Notes under the pieces: generated by a model
The model's database searches: none
What the model was told of the DNA's origin: nothing
Seen by the model: only the letters and a program-made list of their open reading frames with translations
Source of the DNA: Candidatus Woesearchaeota archaeon
GTDB taxonomy: Archaea > Nanobdellota > Nanobdellia > SCGC-AAA011-G17 > ARS1403
Assembly (NCBI GenBank): GCA_016188065.1
Contig: JACPIN010000005.1
Location: 13,646-77,645 of the forward strand
DNA: 64,000 nucleotides
Direction: 5' to 3'
Made by a program: the position numbers and the translations under genes
In this document: positions 56,952-64,000 of the stretch, piece by piece
How positions within the stretch are numbered: the stretch's first letter is position 1
Layout: each line of letters opens with the position of its first letter

Positions 56952-57662
56952 ATGAAAAGTGTTGACATTGTTATCCCTATCTACTATAATAACATTGATG
57001 AAATTGAGCCGAGTGTTAGAGAACAAATTGATTTCTATAAAAAAAATCTGAAAGAGTATAGATGGAAAATTGTAATCGGTATTAACGGACTTGATAAAAA
57101 TGGCATCGTTGAAAAGGTAGAAGACCTTTCTAAGAGATATGAAAATGTTGCCTATGATTATACTGATCAAGCAGGAAGGGGGGCTTCTTTGAATAGGACT
57201 TTTGTCAACAGCAAGGCTGATTTTGTTTGTTACATGGATGTTGATCTTGCCACTGGGTTGGATGCTGTTCCCAGAATGCTAAAAGAGCTAGAATATTACG
57301 AAGTTGTTGTTGGCTCAAAATATATTAAGGATGCAAAATATAATCGGACACCCCTAAGATTTGTACTTTCTAAAATCTACAACTTAATTATCACAAAGTT
57401 AATTTTAAATGCTAAGTTCAGTGATGCTCAATGTGGTTTTAAGGGGATGCACACTTTAATAGCTAGAGAGATTATGCCACTTGTAGAGGACAAGGGGTGG
57501 TTTTTAGATACCGAGATTTTATATATTGTTCAGAAAAAAGGATACAAATTTAAGGAGATCCCTGTCCACTGGATTGAAAGAGAAAATAGTGGTGTTAAGC
57601 TGCTCAAAACTGTAAAAGATTTTACTGTTAAAACAATTAGATTGAGATATAGAAATCTTTAA
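56952..57662 (+). CDS. GT2 dolichyl-phosphate glycosyltransferase (DPM1/AglD/AglJ-like)
   Basis: 236 aa; VDIVIPIYYN..., MDVDLATG DxD-type motif; soluble DPM1-like size. Confidence 0.7.
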   Translation: MKSVDIVIPIYYNNIDEIEPSVREQIDFYKKNLKEYRWKIVIGINGLDKNGIVEKVEDLSKRYENVAYDYTDQAGRGASLNRTFVNSKADFVCYMDVDLATGLDAVPRMLKELEYYEVVVGSKYIKDAKYNRTPLRFVLSKIYNLIITKLILNAKFSDAQCGFKGMHTLIAREIMPLVEDKGWFLDTEILYIVQKKGYKFKEIPVHWIERENSGVKLLKTVKDFTVKTIRLRYRNL

Positions 57663-57684
57663 AATAAGTTCTTTCAGTTTAATT

Positions 57685-58716
57685 TTGATGAAATATTTGA
57701 AAGATGCATATTCCGGCAAGAGAATATTGATTACTGGTGGTCTGGGATTTATGGGTAGCAATCTTGCACACAAACTTGTAGAATTTGATTCGGATGTTGT
57801 GATATTTAATAGAGAGATATGCACTCAACCCTATGGGGCAAATGCTTACAATATTGAAGGCATAAAAGATAAGGTAAAATTAAGAATAGGGGATATTAGA
57901 GATGATCAAATAAAAGAACTGATTACGGGACAGGATATCATTTTTCATCTGGCTGGCCAGGTTGGGCATTATAATAAATCTGACCCATTATTCCAAACTT
58001 ATATCAAAGATGCTGAAAGCATTAACATTGATGGAACATTTAATCTGCTTTCTTTATGTAGAGATTCCAATCCTGGTGCCAGAATTATTTATGCAGGGTC
58101 TAGTTTTCAATATGGAAATCCGAAATATGTTCCTGTCGATGAGAAACATCCAGCAAATCCTGATAGGAATAACCTTTATGCAACTTCAAAACACCAAGCC
58201 GATATCTTGTTTGAGACTTTTCATAATAGATTCGGGTCAGATACCGTAAGACTAAGAATAGCAAATCCATATGGTCCAAGAGCTCAGATGAAACATCCTA
58301 ATTATGGATTTTTAAATTGGTTTATAAGAAGAGCAATTGATGGACAGCCCATAGAAATTTTTGGAAGCGGTGAACAAAAGAAGGATATGATATACATAGA
58401 TGACCTTGTTGATGCTTTCTTGTTTGTTTCTGCAGATCAAAAAACAAATGGAGAAGTTTTTAATGTTGGCTCCGGAATTGGGCATAGCATTAAAGAATTA
58501 GCTGAAATTGTTGTTGACACTGTTGGTAGCGGTGAAGTTAAATTCATTGGAAATGCATGTATCCCTGAAAAATATAAAAACACTGGCATGCCCAGTTATA
58601 TTTCTGATATAAGCAAGATCAAAACTATGACGGGTTGGGTTCCTTTAATTGACATTGCCGAAGGAATAAAGCGAACAATTGAATTTTACAGAGAAAATAG
58701 AAAATACTATTGGTGA
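57685..58716 (+). CDS. NAD-dependent nucleotide-sugar epimerase/dehydratase (SDR)
   Basis: 343 aa; ITGGLGFMGSNL Rossmann motif, catalytic YATSKHQAD (YxxxK). Confidence 0.85.
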   Translation: MMKYLKDAYSGKRILITGGLGFMGSNLAHKLVEFDSDVVIFNREICTQPYGANAYNIEGIKDKVKLRIGDIRDDQIKELITGQDIIFHLAGQVGHYNKSDPLFQTYIKDAESINIDGTFNLLSLCRDSNPGARIIYAGSSFQYGNPKYVPVDEKHPANPDRNNLYATSKHQADILFETFHNRFGSDTVRLRIANPYGPRAQMKHPNYGFLNWFIRRAIDGQPIEIFGSGEQKKDMIYIDDLVDAFLFVSADQKTNGEVFNVGSGIGHSIKELAEIVVDTVGSGEVKFIGNACIPEKYKNTGMPSYISDISKIKTMTGWVPLIDIAEGIKRTIEFYRENRKYYW

Positions 58717-60197
58717 ATTTTATGAAGAAGGTTCCTGATAAATGGCTTTACTTGCCTGCCTTAATACTTTGGGCATATCTTATAATAAGATTGATAGATC
58801 AATCCAAACTTCTCTTTTACTTCCCTCTAGATTATACTAATGATATAAGCTCTTACATGGCTCAGCTATTTTTTCTAGATAAATGTGGCTTTCATCAATT
58901 TTGTCCATATTGGTACAATGGATTTACTGCTTTCCAGTTTACTCCTCCTGCCTGGTTTTTTTTTACTTTACCATTATACTGGATGTTTAATGATGTTAAG
59001 ATTGCAACTTATGTCTCGATGATTTTGGTATTTATAATCGGCTTAGTATCGTTTATTTTATTTGGTCGATTATTTAACCTTTCTTTTGTAAAAAGATTAG
59101 CTTACTTCATATTCTTTTTCGGTAATGCTATTGCCATTGGGAATTTCATAAGGCTAGGAGACTTGCATCAACTCTTTGGATGGGTTAATCTTGCGATCCT
59201 ATCATTTATTGTTCTCTATTATAAGGACAGAGAAATCAAAACAAGATTTTATTGGAGTATTTTGTTTTTAAGCATTGTAATTTTATCTCATCAAACAACT
59301 TCCATTTTAGCTCCATTTATCTTAGTCGGCTTATTTTTTATAAAAAATAGTAAAGAAAAACTAAAAATTTTTGCTGTCGGCTTACTCTCTTTGATAATCA
59401 CTAGTTTTTGGTGGGTCCCCTATGTTACTGGGTTCTGGAAAACCTCTGGGAGCAGCCACCTTCTTACTAAAAGTTTGCTTTCTTTAGACATAAGAGATTT
59501 ACCCCAAAATATTGCTACAGTTATCATCCCATTGGCTTTTCTAGTTATATTTTATTTTTACTGGAATACATATAATAGACGAAGGAGTGAACTTCTATTT
59601 TTTACTCCCATTATTTTTCTGTCTTTAATTCTGCTTCTCAGAGTCGCCTATTTTATCCCTATATTGAAATACGTTTATCCAGATTCCTATCTCCATTTAT
59701 TTATTTTTTTTACACTGTTCATGTTTTTTCAGCTGGATGTGGAACTTATTAAATTAAAAAAATTTATTCCAGCTACCCTGATAATCCTCTCACTAATTAG
59801 TGCCTCCATAGGGCTATTTTATACTCCAAATTTCGTGACACCAAATAATGTTGGAGATAGAACTATCGAAATTCTCGATGATGTTGACGATAAGTTTATA
59901 ATTTTCGGAAAAGGAACTGAAGTATATAACAAGGCAGTATATTCTTATGCACCAATCTATTTGAATTTGTCAACGCCTGAAGGATGGTATTTTATTTTTG
60001 ATGAAGAACAACTGGAACTTTCCCGTAAAACTCGAATTGATTTGGAAAATGAAAACTGTGCTGAGCTGGATAATGATTTGAATCTTATAGGAGCCAAATA
60101 TACTATTGCATATGATGAACAATGTGAAATCCTCGACAAATGCGATTTTGCTGAAAAAGGAAGCCTAGAAAATGTTTGCTTATATTATGCTGATTAG
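58710..60197 (+). CDS. Large polytopic membrane protein with soluble C-terminal domain; possible GT-C glycosyltransferase or polymerase
   Basis: 495 aa, more than 10 TM; location inside the glycosylation locus; no firm motif. Confidence 0.3.
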   Translation: MVNFMKKVPDKWLYLPALILWAYLIIRLIDQSKLLFYFPLDYTNDISSYMAQLFFLDKCGFHQFCPYWYNGFTAFQFTPPAWFFFTLPLYWMFNDVKIATYVSMILVFIIGLVSFILFGRLFNLSFVKRLAYFIFFFGNAIAIGNFIRLGDLHQLFGWVNLAILSFIVLYYKDREIKTRFYWSILFLSIVILSHQTTSILAPFILVGLFFIKNSKEKLKIFAVGLLSLIITSFWWVPYVTGFWKTSGSSHLLTKSLLSLDIRDLPQNIATVIIPLAFLVIFYFYWNTYNRRRSELLFFTPIIFLSLILLLRVAYFIPILKYVYPDSYLHLFIFFTLFMFFQLDVELIKLKKFIPATLIILSLISASIGLFYTPNFVTPNNVGDRTIEILDDVDDKFIIFGKGTEVYNKAVYSYAPIYLNLSTPEGWYFIFDEEQLELSRKTRIDLENENCAELDNDLNLIGAKYTIAYDEQCEILDKCDFAEKGSLENVCLYYAD

Positions 60198-60239
60198 GCT
60201 TTAGAAATCTTTTTATAAGGATTCATTGATAAACGAAAT

Positions 60240-61262
60240 ATGAGATTTGTGCTGATAACAAGCATGCTAGTATCTTTCTTTACTGTAATTTACATCACTC
60301 CCTGGCTGATTCGCTATCTGATAAGAATAGGACTCATTGTCAAAGATCAGAATAAAGATGGAAAACCTTTAGTCCCAATTTCCGGTGGGATGGCTGTCTT
60401 ATCTGGATTTTTTACCGGGTTGATGTGTTTTATTTTTCTTACTACTTTCTTTCCTGATGGAAATAAATTAGTTTTAGACAATAAAGTACTTATGTTTCTT
60501 TTGAGCAGCACTATCTCAATAATCATGATTACTTTTGTAGGTTTCATTGATGATTTGATAATTCGCAGAGATAATGAAAGTTCGTCTGGATTGAAACAGT
60601 GGCAAAAGCCTTTACTGACTTTAGCTGCAGCTATTCCACTCATGGTCGTGAATTCTGGCGTCAGTACGCTTTCTGTTCCTGTTTTTGGCAGAGTGGACAT
60701 TGGATTGATCTATCCATTAATCTTTATTCCCATTGGTGTTGTAGGTGCTGCCAACATGGTAAATATGCTGGCTGGTTTCAATGGTCTTGAGACTGGAATG
60801 GGGATTATCTATACAGGAATGCTTGGAGTTTATGCATATTTTAATATGGAAGGCTTATTTTTAGCAGAAAGAACTTCTGCTGTAATCATATCTGCTGTTG
60901 TGTTTTCATCTTTAATCGCTTTTTATATCTTTAACAGGTATCCTGCTAGGATCCTTCCTGGTGATTCTCTCACTTATCTTCTAGGAGGAATCTTGGCAAG
61001 TATTGCAATCGTTGGGAATTTGGAGAAGGCTGCTTTAATCCTGTCTATTCCATTTTTAATAGAACTAATTTTGAAAATGAGGGGAAGGTTTAAGAAACAG
61101 AGTTACGGATATTATCTCAATGGTAAGGTTAAGTCACACTATGATAAAATTTATTCCCTCCCACATATTTTTACTAAAACCGGAAGATTCACAGAAAAAC
61201 AAATAGTCTATTTTTTCGTAGTACTGGAGCTGATCTTTGGCGGCTTGATATGGATTGTTTAA
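60240..61262 (+). CDS. GT4-family polyprenyl-phosphate hexosamine-1-phosphate transferase (MraY/WecA/AglH-like)
   Basis: 340 aa; DDLIIRRD, VNMVNMLAGFNGLETG motifs of the MraY/WecA superfamily. Confidence 0.75.
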   Translation: MRFVLITSMLVSFFTVIYITPWLIRYLIRIGLIVKDQNKDGKPLVPISGGMAVLSGFFTGLMCFIFLTTFFPDGNKLVLDNKVLMFLLSSTISIIMITFVGFIDDLIIRRDNESSSGLKQWQKPLLTLAAAIPLMVVNSGVSTLSVPVFGRVDIGLIYPLIFIPIGVVGAANMVNMLAGFNGLETGMGIIYTGMLGVYAYFNMEGLFLAERTSAVIISAVVFSSLIAFYIFNRYPARILPGDSLTYLLGGILASIAIVGNLEKAALILSIPFLIELILKMRGRFKKQSYGYYLNGKVKSHYDKIYSLPHIFTKTGRFTEKQIVYFFVVLELIFGGLIWIV

Positions 61263-62537
61263 ATGTTAAATCTTATAAAACTTCATTTGAATAAGAATAA
61301 AAGATTAATTAAAGAAAATCTAATACTCTTTTTGGCTATTACTTTTGCTAATCTGCTCAATTATTTATTCCATTTTTATGTTGGTAGAATTCTAGGTCCT
61401 GAAGAGTACGGTGTTTTTGGCGTTCTGCTTTCGATAGTTTACCTTCTTGTTATGCCTTTGATGGCGGTTCAAACAATCTTTTCCAAATATGTTGCTGAAT
61501 TGAAAGTTGATAGTAATGAAAAGAAAATATCCTATTTATTTTATCGTTCTTTTAGAAAGATTTTATTTGTTGGGATAATCTTCAGCATTATTTTTCTTAT
61601 GATAAGCCCTTTTTTGTCTCATTTCTTAAAAATTGGAAGCGTCACTCCATTAATTATTTTGGGGATATCAATTACTTTTATTTTTTTGATTCCTCTTCTG
61701 CGCGGCTTCATTCAAGGACTGCAGAACTTTCCTTTGCTTGGCGCGACATTTATAAGCGAAGGTCTGACAAAAGTCATTCTTGGTGTTCCATTAGTATTGT
61801 TAGGCTTTGGTATTACCGGTGCTATTGGTGCATTCGCCATTAGCTTTTTCCTACCATTCATCATCCTATCTTATTTTCTAAGAAAGATGCTTACAAGGGA
61901 TAGGGAAAAGTTTGATACCTCTAAAATTTACGGTTATTCTTTTCTCGTAATTATTATGCTAGTAAGCCTAACTGGATTTTATACTACGGATTTAATTCTT
62001 GTAAAATTATTCCTTGATCCTATAGAGGCAGGCTATTATGCAGCCTTAAGTTTATTTGGAAAGATAATATTTTTTGCTTCCATGTCTATAAGTATGGTCA
62101 TGTTTCCTAAACTTTCTGAACTTAATCTGCAGAAGAAGGATACTAGAACTTTATTATTGAAATCAGTTTTAATTGCAGTTGTTTTGGGAGGGATAATTAG
62201 CTTATTTTATTTTTTAATTCCTACATTTATTATTGGCTTGTTATTTGGAGGAGGATACTTATTAATATCGAATCTACTGTGGATCTTTGGGATAATGATG
62301 ACAATCTATTCGATTGTCTATTTGCTTTCTTACTATAATATGGCCCTTCATCGAGAAAGTTTCCTCTATCTGCTATTTTCTTTTAATTTGCTTCAGACAA
62401 TCTTGATTATTCTATTTCATAAAACAATAACGCAAGTTGTAGTAAGCTTAATAATCGTTATGTCTTTGCTATTTTTAGGGATGGTTGTATATACTTTAAA
62501 AAATGAGAAATCTATCGATAATTATTCCGGCATATAA
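61263..62537 (+). CDS. MOP-superfamily oligosaccharide flippase (Wzx/AglR-like)
   Basis: 424 aa, about 12-14 TM, typical flippase size and position next to the GT4 phosphotransferase. Confidence 0.55.
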   Translation: MLNLIKLHLNKNKRLIKENLILFLAITFANLLNYLFHFYVGRILGPEEYGVFGVLLSIVYLLVMPLMAVQTIFSKYVAELKVDSNEKKISYLFYRSFRKILFVGIIFSIIFLMISPFLSHFLKIGSVTPLIILGISITFIFLIPLLRGFIQGLQNFPLLGATFISEGLTKVILGVPLVLLGFGITGAIGAFAISFFLPFIILSYFLRKMLTRDREKFDTSKIYGYSFLVIIMLVSLTGFYTTDLILVKLFLDPIEAGYYAALSLFGKIIFFASMSISMVMFPKLSELNLQKKDTRTLLLKSVLIAVVLGGIISLFYFLIPTFIIGLLFGGGYLLISNLLWIFGIMMTIYSIVYLLSYYNMALHRESFLYLLFSFNLLQTILIILFHKTITQVVVSLIIVMSLLFLGMVVYTLKNEKSIDNYSGI

Positions 62538-63195
62538 TGAAGGTAAAAGAATAAGCTCGGTGCTGGAGTCTATTCTTAGATTCTTTGGGGAGGATGTAAA
62601 TGTACTAGTTGTTTCAAATGGGAGTAAAGATGATACTGTAAAAATCCTTATAGATTGGAAAACCAAACATAAAAATCTTAATTTCTTAGAGTTTTCTGAA
62701 AAACTTGGCAAGGGCGGAGCGATAGTTGAGGGATTAAAGATTGTTAATAGTGATCTTATCGGATTCATAGATGCTGATGATGCATTTGATCTCGGATATA
62801 TAAAAAAAATACTGGATGAATCAAATGATAGGTTTGATTGTATTATTGCATCCAAGTGGAAAGGAAGAAACTTTTTTCAAGTTAATGAGCCTAAATTAAG
62901 AAAAATATTGAGTAGGGGCTGGAATCTTTTTGTTAGGATTTTTTTAAATTTGGAGTATAGGGATACGCAGGCAGGCGCAAAATTTTTTAAGAAAAAAGTC
63001 AAGGATTCTATCGGATTTAATTTTATCTCGACTGGTTTTGCTTTCGATGTTGAATTATTAAAGAAAATCCAGAATAAGAAATTTCATATAGAAGAGGTTT
63101 ACGTCCCCAGTAAACATATAGAAGGAAGTACTTTTAAAATTCGGCATTGCTCTAATATGCTTAAAGACTTAATAAATATCTGGAGACATGGATGA
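62503..63195 (+). CDS. GT2 dolichyl-phosphate glycosyltransferase
   Basis: 230 aa; LSIIIPAYNEGKRI, FIDADDAFD DxD motif. Confidence 0.8.
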   Translation: MRNLSIIIPAYNEGKRISSVLESILRFFGEDVNVLVVSNGSKDDTVKILIDWKTKHKNLNFLEFSEKLGKGGAIVEGLKIVNSDLIGFIDADDAFDLGYIKKILDESNDRFDCIIASKWKGRNFFQVNEPKLRKILSRGWNLFVRIFLNLEYRDTQAGAKFFKKKVKDSIGFNFISTGFAFDVELLKKIQNKKFHIEEVYVPSKHIEGSTFKIRHCSNMLKDLINIWRHG

Positions 63196-63986
63196 AATAT
63201 TGCTTGTTAACCTTTGACTTAGAGGAATTTGATCTACCCTTGGAATATGGTAAAGACATAAAATCTGTTGAGATGTTTCATATCAGTTACTTCGGCTGCA
63301 GAAAAGTATTGGAAATTTTGGAGAAGAATAAGGTTAAAGGTACATTTTTTGTGAGTGCTTTGTTTGCATTGAAGTATCCGGAATTGATAAAAGAAATTTC
63401 TTTACATCATGAGATTGGATTGCATTGCTTTGAACATAAAGATAATTATAAAAAGATGGATAATGATGGGGTTTTTGAAAAATTAAGCAAAGCAAAAGAT
63501 AGTATTGAAAAGATCACGAAGAAAAAAATTCTGGGCTTTAGGGCGCCGAGATTTCAAGTCCCTAGTTATAAGATATTAAGGGATATCGGTTTTGGATATG
63601 ACAGCTCCTACCATCCTACGTATATCCCAAAAAGATATAATAACTTCTTTAAAACTAGGAAGGGCTTCAATAAAGAAGGCGTTAATATTTTACCTTTGTC
63701 AGTATCCCCCATATTAAGGCTCCCATTATTCTGGCTAGCCTTTAGAATTTTACCTCTCTCTTATTCAAAAGTAGTTACAAGAATTTGTCTTATGGCTGAT
63801 GGTTATGCATCCCTGATTTTTCATCCTTGGGAATTCGCAGATATCAAAAGAGATGATCTCCCAATGATTGTCAAAAGGAATTCTGGCAATGACCTTTGTT
63901 TGAAACTTGATAGGTATATAGGATGGAACCTAAAAAATAAAATTTCGTTTATAACTATGTCAGATTATCTATCTAAAAATTTATAG
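63192..63986 (+). CDS. Polysaccharide deacetylase-like (CE4/DUF3473-like) protein
   Basis: 264 aa; N-terminal LLTFDLEEFD resembles the TFDVEDYF start of DUF3473/CE4 deacetylases; His-rich segments. Confidence 0.4.
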   Translation: MKYCLLTFDLEEFDLPLEYGKDIKSVEMFHISYFGCRKVLEILEKNKVKGTFFVSALFALKYPELIKEISLHHEIGLHCFEHKDNYKKMDNDGVFEKLSKAKDSIEKITKKKILGFRAPRFQVPSYKILRDIGFGYDSSYHPTYIPKRYNNFFKTRKGFNKEGVNILPLSVSPILRLPLFWLAFRILPLSYSKVVTRICLMADGYASLIFHPWEFADIKRDDLPMIVKRNSGNDLCLKLDRYIGWNLKNKISFITMSDYLSKNL

Positions 63987-64000
63987 ACGACCAGTATTGG

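Overview
This is an AT-rich (about 32% GC) archaeal genome segment. The evidence is: TATA boxes 25-30 bp upstream of tRNA genes, intron-containing tRNAs, an AglB oligosaccharyltransferase, aTrm56, SecD/SecF and many overlapping or tightly packed genes. The gene content and small proteins fit a DPANN-like or other streamlined archaeon.

The window falls into five regions:

- 0.8-3.2 kb: a thiol-disulfide module with DsbB/BdbC-like, CcdA-like and TlpA-like thioredoxin proteins.
- 3.2-15 kb: a citrulline/ornithine catabolic supercluster with an amino-acid permease, ornithine carbamoyltransferase, an unusual P-loop gene, carbamate kinase, a class III aminotransferase, aldehyde dehydrogenase, ornithine cyclodeaminase-like and Glu/Leu dehydrogenase-family genes.
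- 15-40 kb: housekeeping and surface proteins. These include a tail-fibre-like secreted protein with a C-terminal peptidase-S74 intramolecular chaperone domain, a free-standing LAGLIDADG-like protein, and four tRNA genes that I read as carrying one or two introns each, several at non-canonical positions.
- 40.25-49.75 kb: an accessory island just 3' of tRNA-Ser. It holds three tandem paralogous small secreted proteins, three HTH-nucleotidyltransferase fusions, a tandemly duplicated small-HTH plus AAA_14/DUF4143 ATPase module with decayed remnants, a DUF433/DUF5615 toxin-antitoxin-like pair flanked by direct repeats, and a palindrome cluster.
- 49.7-64 kb: a retropepsin-like/RimK pair followed by a large N-glycosylation locus with AglB, GT2/GT4 glycosyltransferases, a flippase, an epimerase, a methyltransferase, a radical-SAM/SPASM enzyme and a deacetylase.

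No CRISPR array, rRNA or integrase was found. All protein calls rest on motif recognition by eye, not database searches.
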